Part shown: piece after piece, positions 11,616-24,292 of the stretch
Position numbering within the stretch: the stretch's first letter is position 1
How the letters are laid out: each line of letters begins with the position of its first letter
Assembly (NCBI GenBank): GCA_000388065.2
Contig: KB932204.1
Source: Fonticula alba ATCC 38817
Lineage: Eukaryota; Protista; Nucleariida
Strand: one strand, 5' to 3'
DNA length: 64,000 bases
Notes under the pieces: model-generated
Database searches by the model: none
Told to the model about the DNA's origin: nothing
What the model saw: the letters and a program-made list of their open reading frames with translations, nothing else
Program-made: the position numbers and the translations under genes

Positions 11616-12975
11616 TCAAGCAAAAAGTGCGTCTTTCAAAAAAGAGTGGTCCTGTCAGATCATTGACAATCAAAGGAAAACACGCGAACCGCAGCATGAA
11701 AAATCCATAGTTGCTGGCAATGATCACAGTTCATCCCATCACCACGGTTTAGGACGCACATAACCATCACTTTGCTCAAGCGATTGATCTCTTGGGCCAG
11801 CAGCAGGGTGAGTAGAGGTTCCCGGATTGCCATCGGAGCCGCGATGGTGGGAATAATGGAAGATGAGATGGTGCCTCTGCTTGCTATAACACAATGAATC
11901 ACACTTGTGCTCGAGCACATCAGAGAGCTGGACAATCTTTGAATTATAGAATTTAACGTGCTCTGCGCCAGGATTGACACATTGAGCTGACAAAAAGGGA
12001 CGCATCGGTTAGCCATAATGGAATAGAACTACTGTGAGAGGGATGGGAAAAAATAGCTGCAAAGACTCTCGTACTCTTGCTAAAGACGCGGTTTCTCAAA
12101 AGGCCCGGGTTATTTTTTTCGAATTTCTCGTCTTCAGCAACCACTATGAAGCAAAGAAGGAAAAGTCGGTTGTAGGTAAATAATGACGTCTGATCAGTAC
12201 GCTTGCTCCCCAAATTTCGGACTATTTGGGATACTTCGATGCCTTTTACCATAAGAATTGCCCCCGGGATGACGTACCGAGCTTCCAGCACCACTCCACA
12301 GGAGTAAGTCCCTAGTCAATTAGAAAAGAGTAAATCGAAGTTAGTGATTATTGACCACTTTAATGGACTTGCTTGCACCCGGTGAGCATGAACAACCAGA
12401 GCAGTGCTTCATAAAATGAACAGCCATAAGAGATGTGATCAAGAATGTGCCCACTCGGGGCGCTGATAAACGCACTGGCTTCGCCAAAATTGCTTCCTCA
12501 ATAGTTTTGCATGGGTACTCCACAGACGCGTCATTATGACTCTCTCCAAAGAGAGGCGAAAAGTGCGAATATGCTGAGACAAACACACAATTAGGTTAGT
12601 ACCACCCACCGACCTGGGAATTCAAACAGACTATCGAGAGAGCCTGTCTCGGATATGGAGAACAAATAGAAAAGTAGACTCATACGCACCATTAAGATCC
12701 TGCGAGGTATCGGACTTGCCATCACGCTTGGAGGCCGCTTTCTTTTTCGCAGGATCGACATTGTTCTCGGTTTTCTTGGAAGATGGCTTCTTCTTGTTAC
12801 TATTATTCTTAACGTAGAAATAACGTGCTTTGTTTTCTAAACAGCCATGAAGGTCAGTTGTGGTTATGGAGCGCATGGCAAGAAGGCCAATGTTTTTCAA
12901 TTCCATGCGCTGATATGGGGCATCGGCTGTGTTTAGGCGCTTCATCATAATACTGAGCGTACCATCGGTGGTCAT
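11616..12975 (-). CDS. Orphan protein, ~249 aa, 6 exons: complement(join(11616..11651,11760..11986,12075..12143,12278..12311,12476..12573,12690..12975))
   Basis: Five introns with GTGCGT/GTACGT/GTACGA donors and TACTAAC (12595-12601), CACTAAC and GCTAAC branch sites give a phase-consistent 750-nt ORF; TATAAAA on the minus strand at 13128-13134. Lys-rich stretch KKKPSSKKTENNVDPAKKKAASKR. Exon choice was manual. Confidence 0.55.
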
Positions 12976-13294
12976 GGTGTCTTGGTTTGATCGAGAAGGT
13001 CGTGGTCAAGGGCAAGAAAGAGGAAAGGGACAAAATGAGCTGTTTTGAGCAACAGGTAATTTTTATCACTACACTGTCATTCAGGCAATGCCTCGGGTAC
13101 GTCCTACCTGTCTCACACCGAGCCGTCTTTTATAGAAACCCACACAGGAGACGACGTACCCCTCTCGTATTTGCACAATCCCGGAACTGCTGTCCTTCAG
13201 GATTGGTTGAATTGGCCAGGATAGTTAGAGCGCAAATCATCTCTCAGCGCACAATACCCCCCAGTCCCAACCATAACTATAACGAGGAGCGTCT

Positions 13295-14150
13295 TTATTT
13301 CCTGGAGCCTGTGCGCTCTGAGCTAGCTGCTTTTCGACACCCCAAGCGCTCTGGATACGTTCGGTCTTGAGGATTACAAATATTCTCAGGACTGATGGTT
13401 CTTAGAAAAAGGGAGGTACTTTCCCCGTTGCGGTCGATAAGATTCCTGAGCCTTAAACTGAGTGCCATTTGCCGCACAGAGTTTGTTCATTTCCCCGGCG
13501 AAAGGGCATCTGTAGAGCTCTCTTCTCAAGGGCTATTTTCCTCGCGCTTCGCCGTTCCTGCGGCTAGATTGGCAGCTTGCTGCGCTACTTTCCCCTAATT
13601 AGCCATAATAGCAAACTTTATATCTCCCGATATGTGATGCAGTCGTCGGTCCAGTTTGACCCTCTCAAAGGGAGTAGCACGAGTATAGGACATCGATGTG
13701 CCGTAATGACCTCTGAACGCCCATCCCGAGATACTTCATCACGATGGCAAGAATAGCTCACGTCTCCACCACTATGTCAGTATTAGACTCAGGAAGGAAT
13801 AATGCTCGAACAAAACTTTTTCACTTCTCATCAATACATTAGACCTAAGCACGTACCCGAACAAAGGTTTACTCATACACACACATACACACTGATGGAC
13901 ATTTAGGTGCGCACGCGTACTTATGCCGTCTGCTAAGAGGTCGCTGAGGCGTCAACATCCAAGTCAGAGTATCAAGCGCAAGAAAAACCTGACATGAACA
14001 AGAGCCTGGCATGTTGTCTAAAACTCCGAGAGAACAACAAACTACAAGAGCGGAAACTCTATCTCTTCTGGGCTTTTTCACGGCATCACCGGTATGGCCC
14101 ACTCGGAAGGGCGCAGCTTGCATAAGCTGATGTCCCATACGCACCTCAGA
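13295..14150 (-). pseudogene. Probable spliced pseudogene in low-GC island 2
   Basis: Donor/branch/acceptor signals (GTACGC...TACTGACATAG; GCTAATTAG) and a coding-like frame GKVAQQAANLAAGTAKREENSP*EESSTDALSPGK*TNSVRQMALSLRLRNLIDRNGES interrupted by two TGA codons. Confidence 0.3.
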
Positions 14151-15469
14151 GGGGCTTTAATAATGAAAAATGAAAACTTATAACACTGCTTTCGTGCATG
14201 CTTTTTACCTTCTCTCTACCCCTCCCACCCTCCCTCCCCCGCCGCGTGGGCGAGCACCTGCGTATACCAGATGTCGCTAGACGTATAGACGATGTGTTGT
14301 GCTGCCGGTCCGAGAGCCCCTTTAGAACCCCGGCCATTTGAGCTAGGTCGTTCTTGTTCAGGGGTTGTGGTCGGGTAGGTGGTGGGGAAGAAGGGGGCTG
14401 GACTCCAGTCCGCACCACTCCTTACCAACGCACGACCACCCCGTCGAATCCATAACGAATGCCAGCGCCACAACACCTTCCTATGGATTCGTAGACATAT
14501 GCATGATGGACCTTCAGACAAGTTACAGGCCACCCTCAGGCGCCTCACTAACACACCATGCACATTTGCAGATGTTTTCCTCTAACATCGTCACGCATGC
14601 GCCACTGTTATGAGAAATGATACAACAGCCTCCTCCTTCTTTCCAAGTAGTCGGCGGTTCCCAAAACTTCATCAATGGAGGCTTTACTCTCCGCTGGAAG
14701 GCGATGTGACTATGTCAACCACTAGCTAAAACACGACCACGCGTAGGCTGACAAGCTGTACGCTGCACGAAACAGAATTTCACCACCTCGCCCAAGCGCG
14801 GCTTACCTCCTCTCCCAGCGCCTCCTCTTTTGAAGCGAGAACGCTGGAAAAGTGCGGCCGTCATGGGGCGGTCGGGCCTCTTCAAGTGACTGACTCTTCA
14901 TTACCCCGACCCTCACAAATGGCCATCACTTCACGCGCTCAAAGCTCGTTTGTCCGCTTGACCCCACATTTCGTACTCCCTCGAGTTTGGAGGCCATCAC
15001 TTGGCTCGAGGCTGAGGCAATCCGGAAAGATTAAAGCCCACCACAACATGCCGTCAGAACTCAAAGCACAGCCAAAGACTGGCTTCCCAGAAGCCCCTCC
15101 CCCAACCCAATAGTATAACAACTCGACATGTCGGGCGAATGCCCCTTAGGGTCCTCCTTAAAATACCCCGTAAGCCCTGCACGATTCTTTCCCACACTTT
15201 TATCCATATTTCCAGAAAGCCCATGTTAGGCTCATCCACTACCCACCTCGAGTCCGGGCACGTTATGACACTCCCATGGATTCCTCGATTGAGATTTCCC
15301 ATTGCTCACACTTTGTCACCCTAAATGTTGGAACAATGTGCGGGCCAGGACCCTCTCTGTCAAGCCATCATCACCCTGTCGCTCCAACCACAAAGTGGCA
15401 GAGCTACCAAGATTTCTGCAATCCTCTCTTTCACAATCTAGTGTCACGCTTTGCCGACTCACTCCGAGT

Positions 15470-15996
15470 CACCCGCGCCTGCCCGCCCTGGAGCAACGAA
15501 CCCGGTGCCAGTGCGCTGGATCGCCGCGTTCACATATGGGGCCCCCTCAGCGGGACAGAGCGGCTGCATGGGCCCATCGCACACCCCGCCTCCCAGGCAC
15601 GTCGGGAGAAGGGGTCCCGGCTTCGGCGAAGCCTCTGCGCCCCGTCGGGCGACACTGGGCCCACGTGGCAGGCAGATGGCCTTCGTGTGGTCCCCGCCCC
15701 CTGGCGGGTCGTTCGCCAAGGATGCTCGCCGGGGCGCAGGGGCTTCGCCGAAGCTGGGACCCCTTCTCCCGACTTGCCCGGGCGATCGACCGCCGGGGCC
15801 ACCTCGGGGAATCCTCGCAAACACTTGCCCTATCCCCGCCCACCCGCTTCACATCCGGCCCAATATACTCAAACCAGCCCACACGGATGTCAAGCCCGAA
15901 AGCCCCCTCGGCCCACGCGCTGATGTCCTCAGCCGGCACCACGGACCACCGACAGGCGACCCGTGTGCCGCCATGGGCTTAGTCGCTCCCGGGGGG
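15470..15996. repeat. Repeat R, copy 2 (partial, ends at gap)
   Basis: Direct sequence match to 9117-9630, with substitutions in the first ~250 nt. Confidence 0.95.
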
Positions 15997-16006
15997 NNNN
16001 NNNNNN

Positions 16007-17432
16007 AGCAACGAACCCGGTGCCAGTGCGCTGGATCGCCGCGTTCACAAATGGCCCCCTCGGCGGGACAGAGCAGCCGCATGGGCCCATCGCACACCCC
16101 GCCTCCCAGGCACGTCGGGAGAAGGGGTCCCGGCTTCGGCGAAGCCCCTGCGCCCCGTCGGGCGACACGTGGCCCGCGTGGCAGGCAGATGGCCTTCGAG
16201 GGGGCCCACGCCCCCTGGCGACTCGTTCGCCAAGGATGCTCGCCGGGGCGCAGGGGCTTCGCCGAAGCTGGGACCCCTTCTCCCGACTTGCCCGGGCGAC
16301 CAAACTGCCAGGGCTACCCCGGGAACTCCCCGCAAACACTCCCCCCATCACCCCGTTCACCCGCTTCACATCCGGCCCAATACACTCAAGCTAGCCCACA
16401 CAGATGCCAAGCCCCAAGTCCCCCCGGCCCACGCGCTCATTTCCTCAGCCGGCACCACTGGCCGCCGGCAGGCGACCCGTGTGCCACCATGGGCTTGTTC
16501 CTTCCCAGAAGGGAACACCAGCATCAGAGGCCCCCGCTTGCACACACACAGAGGGACGCCCCACGTGGCGCCCGATGCCGAGACCACCCCAGCTGGGCTT
16601 TTGTTATTGTTTGACGCACTCGGCGATGGCGAACATTCGCCCGAGTAAGAAACATTGGCTGCTCGGGCCCAGATGGCCCATGGTCGCTTCCCATGGCGCA
16701 ACTAAAATCACCCTCGCCATTCGCCCACCTTCTCTGACCCCGTTCAACCAACATGCGCCGAGTCGACTCCCATCGCGAAATAATCCGATTAAATAATCCT
16801 GATATTCATCGGCCGGCCCGGGGTGGCACTCCGCCGAGCGTTGGCAATCGGGGAATCATGGCACGGTCGCGGCAGTGTGGCTTTGCAGATGCCTCCCCGG
16901 TCGGCGGCCTTTCGTCGCTTCCCAGTGAGCCCTCTCCTCCTCGCCGCCGGGATGTCCCCCGTCTCATGGCACGGCATCCCCGAGAAATGGGTCTTCCTGC
17001 CGGTCGATGCGCCGATGGCGACGCAAGCCCCCTGGCTTCGAGAGGGCACTGCTGAGCCTGCCCGCGCGGTTTGTCCCTTTTCCCCCCGGCCGCCCACATC
17101 GTCCCGCATGGGCCACCCCTGGTGGACACTCGCCAGCCCCTGTCCGGTGGATCCGTGCCCTGCCGTGACCTACCTCCCGAGCTCTCCGCGCCCGGGGCAG
17201 CCCGACTTGCCACAGCACCCAGGCAGAGACGGGATCCCGCTGACGACCAGGCGTGGCACGCCTCCCACGGTGTCCGCGGTGCCACCTCCTCAGCATCAGT
17301 CGGAGCTCGGTCCGGCTCTTCCTCGGCCTCGGCCGGCGGGAATCCCAGAGCCAGGGCCATGACTTCGGCCATCCAGTGCCGTGCGCGCTGGCCCATGCCC
17401 CGGGGCTGGGATCCGAGCTCCGCGAAGGGGAG
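16007..17432. repeat. Repeat R, copy 3
   Basis: Matches 9139-10572; segment ~16298-16550 is noticeably diverged from copy 1 while the flanks are near-identical. Confidence 0.95.
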
Positions 17433-19877
17433 AGGGCCAAAGGAATCCACCCTCCTGCATGGCCTCGCCCCTCCGCTGCGCGGTCTTGCCTCTGCGCCTC
17501 CGCCGAGGAACCGCCCGGCCGGGATCACGCGCGCTGCATTAGATCCGGCCATTTCCCCCCAGGGACCGCATACCTGGCAAGTGCATGGCGCAGGGCCGGC
17601 AAGTCGCGGTCGCGGTCGGTCACCCGCAGCCCGCGTGGCGGGCGACCGATGGGGGCCCAGTCGCCGTTTGCGAAGTGGACACCTCCCAGCCTCGGGAGAT
17701 GCCACCTGGCGGGAGGGAGCTTCCGCCTGCACCCTGGATGGGTGTGAGCGCGTCGGAAAGGCTCGGACCCAGTCAGGGTGCCTGCATTGCCATGCCTCTT
17801 TCTTCTGTGGCTGCCCCGGGAAAAACACCCGCGAGCCGGGGAGGAGCACGACGCCGCGCGTGTCCGGCGCTCCCGGCGGTGCATGCCGGCCCGCGCGCAC
17901 CCAATGACAGGGATCTTCTCGCGTCAAGACCTGGCCGCTCCTCTCGGCCACATGGAGGGCAGGAGCTAGACCCCACTGCAAGGCAACACAAGGAAGAACA
18001 GAGGAGGTGAGGAGAAAGGGCCGATAGAGGGTGTGCGTGGGCCCAGTGACCACACGATAACAAGGAACAAACCTGAGACAGGGATACAGCCAGGTGGAAT
18101 GGGCCACACACACACAGATCTCAAGATGCTACGCACACATGCTGACTGGCGGCTTCTCCCACGAGAGGACAAGCCTGCCCGGGACGCCGGACACACGGGG
18201 AAGCACCTGCGCCTTTCTCGCCGTCCGGGCTTGGCGCCGGGTGGGATGCCCCGCTCCCCTTGCGGGCACGTACCTCCAGGGCCATGTCCCCTCTCCCCTG
18301 CCCCCCCCTTTCTGCCGCCCTCTCCTCCCCCCCGAGGCGCAGGCGCCTGAGGGCTCGGCCCTCTGTGTGCACGCAAACACACGTGTGGGACACGGCCGCG
18401 GCGCACCCCGCCGACCCGGCCGGCAGATGGGCCACGCGATGCGCGCCTTTCAGCAGCCTGGCATTGTGACGCCGGCCGGCGCATGCCCACCCCCTGCGGC
18501 GGTGGTATGTTGGCAAGATCCCCCGAGCTCGGAGGCCTCCGGCTCCCGACATGGCCCCCGTCCGTGGCCGCGCACGAGCCGGAGACCAGCCCAGCGCTTG
18601 GTGCGGCGAGCGCATGGCCCGCCCGGAGGGCGAGGGCCGAGACGGAAAGCCCACAGGCACGCCCGCCGGCCATGACCTCGTGTGTCGCCCTGCGCCTGGG
18701 ACTGGCCCGAGCCTCGGCCGCCCTCTGCGGCAATCTCTTCGCGCACCGACATACCCTCGGTGAGGCGGCCCCGGCCATGCCCGGACGAACGGACACCACC
18801 ACATGGGGCGCTCGCCGACAAAACCGACCGGCAGCCACACCCATGTGCCGCCCCGCAGCATCCCGCCGCGCGGCAGTGCCAGAACGAAATAAAGAGGGGC
18901 CGAGGCCGTCCGCCGCGCAGCTCTTGGATGGACACACACCGCCGGGGAGATCGGCCAAAAGGCGGGGCGGTGCAGCAGACCATCCAGCATTCGACCCGCG
19001 TCCGGATGCGGAGGCCCACCACAGCCTCATCACCGGCTGACAGACCCCCCCCGGCAGGCAGGCCGCCAGAGGAACAGCCAAGCACCTCAGCGGGCCCGCC
19101 CGCGAGAGCACCCTCGCCGTGTGCCCCCGCAACACCCGGCCGGCAGACGAGGCGCCCACGCGTTGTGCCGGCGGGTCCTCGGTAGATGCCCCGGCTCGAA
19201 CGCCCGGTCGGCCGAATGTGGCCCAGGCCCGCCGCCACCTGGAGGGACAGTGACGCCGGGCGCTGGCCGGCCGCCCGACACAAGCACCCGGGCCCCGCTC
19301 CCGGAGTCTCCTTAGGCAAGGCCCCCGGTAGCCGGTGGCACAGCAGGCAGCAGACGCGCGAGGACAGCCCGCCCGCCACCCGGACAAGCCGCCCGAGTTC
19401 GAAGCACCCAGAAACGCCCCCACGTCGGGCCGGCCAGCTGCTCGCCCCCCAGGGAGGCGCCAGGCGGCCGACATGCAGCTTCCCAGACCCGGGTCTTGGA
19501 TCGCGGCCTCCAGCCCATGCACCGGCGACCTTGCCGGCAAAAAAAAGCGCCTCGCCTCCTCCGACCGGCGGCAGGGAAGGGAGGCCGGGCTGTGAAGTCC
19601 GCCCCGGTGCGAGAGGTCACGGCCCGGGGTGCCCGGACGGCCGCGCCGCTCCGGGGGACACGGCTCACGCCGGAGTCGTGCGCCTGCCGCGAATGGGCCC
19701 CGGGCAGCCGACGCGCATCCGCCGCCCGCAGCCACACCGCCTCCTGGCGGCCGGCACAGCCCCGCATGTGCACCCCGATGCGCCATGGCGCAGCCACCAC
19801 GGTCGCCAGCTGCCCCGGCCGCCCGGAGAAGCAACGCGCAAGTAAACCAAAAGGTATGAGTGGCTCGCCGGGGAACA

Positions 19878-22200
19878 CGCACCGGCTTCGCCCGGGCGGC
19901 CATAACCCCATAGCAGCCGAGAGCACGATCCCCCTGCCCCCCAAGCCCAGCCCCAGTGATGACCGGGGAAGATGACCGGCACACGCATCCACGAGGATCT
20001 CCGGGAATGTCCTCGTGCACCGGTGCCGGCGTGCCGATACCATGGCCCGGTGCGCGAGTGCAGTGAAAGAGCGGAAAAACCCGGCGAAGGGGCGTCCGAT
20101 GGCCAGCACGCGGATCAGCACCAGCGGGGGCAGATCGAGGGGCTGGCCTGTGTCACCAGCCTGCCCGCCTCCGCCGAGGGCGTGAACTTCGGCCACGGGC
20201 AAGAGAGGGAGAACCCCACCTGGCTCCATTTTTTCGGGGCGAGGAGGCCGAGTGACTAGTTTTGGCGTCGGTCTTGTCAGGTGCCTGGCACGGCCACAGC
20301 CGAGACCCACTGCCTCGCAAGGACATGCACAGAGGAAGGCTGGGAGAGAAGCAAGCACCACGAGCCAGCCGGCCAAGGGAGGCCCAGGCCAAAAGGTGGC
20401 ACTCGCGAAAAGACGAACCCAAGGGCCAGGGACGGAGGAGCGAGCGGGGACCGCACCCATGATGAGGAGGGAGAGAGAGAGAGAGAGAGACCCGGCACGA
20501 CTTCAGCGCACCCTCCCCTTGCCAGAAGACAGGATTTGGCTGCTGCTTTTCCTCCCGCAGAAACCCACAGGACAATCATGCTCCCGGCGCCGCCAAACCA
20601 CCGCACGCCGTCGCACCGGCCCACGACCAGGAGAGCTGCCTCGCGCAACAGGCAGTCCCCCCCCAACTCGGCGGGGATGCAAAAGAAAATGCCCCCCGCA
20701 CACGCACACAGAAACACCCAACACCATACTCGGGAGAAGGGGTTCCGCCGGCTATCCGGAGAATTGCCCGGGGCCAGGGCCGGCGCGGCTCGGGATGCGC
20801 CTTCCCCGCTCGCCATCGGACACCAACGGCCCCCGGGGAGGAAGTGTCGAGAGGGGCAACGTGGGGGCCACGACGGATCGCAATAACACACCACCGCAAC
20901 ATCTGTCCGCCTTCCGAAAGGCCAGGAGAGACCCTCACGGGGAAAAGCCACGCCGTGTTGGCCCGCCCTGCGGTGAGACGGGCCGCGCGAAGCTTTTGCA
21001 AAGTGCCCCGCGTATTTGTGAATGGCAAACGGACAACCGGTGGCCACCGCCCGCCAGGACGGGAACCCCCCGAACCCGCAGACCATCTTCCCCGCCACCG
21101 GGGGCCAGGGAAATTGGCCGGATCCCGACAGCCGATCGGCGCACCACAGGGGACATCGCGACCCCGCGGCCAGGGAACCAAGTGCCAGGGGGGGACCCCG
21201 CACAGGGACGGACACGGTGAAGAGACAAACACACCCGGCCCGAGGAACCAACAGCAGGGGGGCTTCTCCCGCGCGTGTCGGCGTGATGCCCTCCCCCTGC
21301 GGCCGTGGGTCGGCCCCCCACCGGCAGAGACGACGCAGACACCGTATCCACTCTCGCCCCCCCCCCCCCCCCCCCCCCCCCCCCGCAAAGGGCACCCCTT
21401 TCACCGCACACGCATGTGTGTACCTTCCCAGGGACAGAGAGCCGGGGAACCGGCAGACCCACACGCCGANNNNNNNNNNNNNNNNNNNNNNNNNNNNNNN
21501 NNNNNNNNNNNNNNNNNNNNNNNNNNNNNNNNNNNNNNNNNNNNNNNNNNNNNNNNNCGCACCGGCTTCGCCCGGGCGGCCATAACCCCATAGCAGCCGA
21601 GAGCACGATCCCCCTGCCCCCCAAGCCCAGCCCCAGTGATGACCGGGGAAGATGACCGGCACACGCATCCACGAGGATCTCCGGGAATGTCCTCGTGCAC
21701 GCGTGGACCAGGCATCCGCACGCCGGCCGCATTGGCGGAAAAGAGCACCGGTGCCGGCGTGCCATGACCGGCACGCGGCTCCGCACGAGCGGGGGGAGAT
21801 CAAGGGGCTGGCCTGGGTGACTTGCCCTCCTCCCCCGAGGGCGCGAACGTCGGCCCGGGACAAGAGAGAGAGACCCCACCGGTCCACATCCTCCCGGAGC
21901 GAGAGGGCCGACTGGCCGGTCCCTCGCAAGGACATGCACAGAGGAAGGCCAGGCCGAAAGGTGGCGCCCGCAAAAAGACCAACCGAATGGGCCAGCAGCG
22001 GAGGGGCGAGGGAGAGGAACCCGGCACGACGTTCAGCGCACCCTCCCCCTTGTGTCCGACGCACGCCAGAAGACAGGTTTCGGCTGCTGCCTTTCTTCCC
22101 GCGGAAACCCAAAGGACAGCCATGCTGCCGCGCCGATGCACCACGCCCACTGGCAGCCGATCGGAGATCGCCGCCCGGTGGGCTCCCTGGCGCAGCACCC
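19878..22200. repeat. Diverged tandem GC-rich repeat, period ~1680 bp
   Basis: 19878-20020 is identical to 21558-21700 (143 bp). Downstream blocks are shared with divergence (e.g. GCAAGGACATGCACAGAGGAAGGC, CCCGGCACGACNTTCAGCGCACCCTCCCCTT). Confidence 0.85.
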
Positions 22201-24070
22201 CGAGCCCGGCGAGGAGGCACGGCAAACCATTGCCACCCGCAGACACGCGGAGACCCCATCGCAGGACGAGCCGCCGGTGGATCCACAGGCAGCCAGAGCG
22301 GGCCGCGGGAGTCCGGCCGAAAAAAAGGGACAAGGTGCTCCCAGGCGTGCCCCGGCACACGCCGACAGATCCAGAGCCATGCCCGAAAAGAGATCCCTCC
22401 AGCTGCCCAAGCGAACTCCCCTCGGCCAGGACTCCCAGCGCCCTCGCAGCCTGTCGGCCTCGCGAAGTCCGAGCGGTGCCCCGGACGCCTGCAAATGCAG
22501 CGAGGACCATCTGGCCACGGCGTCCCGGCGGCAGAAAGCCGTCAAAGCCATATCCCAGGAGAGCAAAGAGAGAGAGAAGGCAGCCGGCTCCTCCCGCAGG
22601 GGGCATCCTTCGTCGCGCATGCGCGTGAGTCCCCGGAAGACCCCCAGCACCCGAGAAGAAAGAGCGCCGGAGACATGGCATATACACGGAGGCATCCCGG
22701 AAGATCGAAGGCCACAGCCGCGGATGGCCTCGTGGTCCCCGAGCATGCGCCGGGGCCAGAGCCGGCAGCCGGGCCACCGCAGCCAGGCCCTGTCCAGCGA
22801 GGCGCCCTGGGGCGGCGCACGGCCGTCCCCGCCGGTCCCGCCACTCGGGCCAGCTCGACCGCCAAGCCGCGGGACCCACACGCACATGCGCGCCCGTGCA
22901 CAGCACAGAGAGGAGGGAGGGGGAGCGCATGGGTAGGAGCAATGGCGCAATGGGGGAGGAGGGGGGGAGGATGCTCCGCGCGGATGGGCCGCCTCCATGC
23001 GCCGCACCCGGAGAAATACATCGACACAGCCGCAGCCAGCCCCAAGGAAGGACAGAAGGGGCGGAAAAAAGGCGGCCGGGACACATCCAACTCCAGGCGG
23101 GGCCGGACCGGCCGGCAGCGCCCGGGCTATCGCGCTCACACAATAGCACAATTTAAAACGACTTTTTCATTACCGGCGAGACACATTTGCCAGACCCCGC
23201 GCATGATACATGCTCCACGTGGGCCGATGTTCCTCCAGGCCCTTTCGGTCCTGCACCTCCCGACGCCGCCCCCGAGGCGATGTGTTTGTCCTCCCTCATC
23301 GCACCGGCCCCCCCCGCCTCCCGGGTCCATGTCACCCGTCCGACAAGGCTGCCCCTGCTGCCGATCTTCCTCCGCGTTGCCCGCCACCCGGCCTGCCCTC
23401 TCCTCGCCCCGACCGTCCAATGCATGCGCCCCGGCGCGCGTCCACGCCCTCCTGGGGTCCCGGCCGCCTGCCTGGGCCGGGAGCACCACCGCCCGAGTCG
23501 CCGCCCTGGCGCCGCCCCCACGCGCGGCCCAGGGCTCTTCTGGCGCGAGAGCAAGAGACAACGCGCAGCTCGATCGCGCCCTGTCGCTGACCGGCACGTG
23601 GGCGCGCGTGCGTTCGCCCCTCCCCCGGCGCCTCCCAGCCCATCCCTTGCCCGGCCCCCCCCCCCCCCCCCNNNNNNNNNNNNNNNNNNNNNNNNNNNNN
23701 NNNNNNNNNNNCCCCCCCGCCCCGCGCCCCTCGCAATCATCTCGGTCCATCCTTGGGTGCACCCTCCGCGGGAGTCCGCGTCTGCCCGGGGCCGGGGACA
23801 CCCCCCTCCATGCCTCCGGCGATCGTCCGCCATTCGACCTCGCCCGCCAACAGCCCGGGACCATTGCTTTCGGGCCCGGAGGGCCACGCCCTGGCGGCAA
23901 TGCGTGGGGAATTTATTTGGGATGTAAGCCCCTCTGCATGGGAACGCACGCCCGCCTCCGGCTCGTGGCATCCGAAAAGGGACAAAAAAAACCCAGCAAC
24001 AACATAACAGCACGCCATGACTGCCATCTTGCCCGGGATTGTGGCGCCAAAAAGCAGAAGCGGGGCAGTC

Positions 24071-24141
24071 TGCGTCGACCGGGAATCGAACCCGGGTCTA
24101 CCGCGTGGCAGGCGGCAATTCTACCACTAAACCATCGACGC
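24071..24141 (-). tRNA. tRNA-Gly(GCC)
   Basis: GCGTCGATGGTTTAGTGGTAGAATTGCCGCCTGCCACGCGGTAGACCCGGGTTCGATTCCCGGTCGACGCA; cloverleaf, A/B boxes, T5 terminator downstream. Confidence 0.97.
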
Positions 24142-24219
24142 TGGACACCGGAGGTCCGACGGACCGAGGGCCATTTGAAGTGAAGGCCTGACCCTCCTCC
24201 CCGAGGAGCAAAAGGGAAT

Positions 24220-24292
24220 TTCCCATACCGGGACTCGAACCCGGGTCTCGTGGGTGAGAGCCACGTATCCTAACCACCTAGACTATATGGGA
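24220..24292 (-). tRNA. tRNA-Glu(CTC)
   Basis: TCCCATATAGTCTAGGTGGTTAGGATACGTGGCTCTCACCCACGAGACCCGGGTTCGAGTCCCGGTATGGGAA; anticodon stem CGTGG/CCACG; T4 terminator. Confidence 0.97.

Noticed and set aside
14640-15460. Possible non-LTR retrotransposon 3' remnant
   Set aside because: Coding-like fragments but no RT, endonuclease or CCHC motif that I can support.
19895-20020. Resemblance to 5S rRNA ends (GCGGCCATA...GGGAAT..GTGC) and a C-box-like GTGATGA
   Set aside because: No convincing internal box A/C or 5S fold, spacing too long, and no CTGA D box nearby.
8320-24200. Long ORFs of 250-843 aa in the track (e.g. 8602-9780, 17966-20020, 20277-22358, 21652-24183)
   Set aside because: Pro/Arg/Gly/Ala-rich overlapping frames on both strands in very GC-rich repeat DNA; no codon bias or motifs; some run through gaps or tRNA genes.
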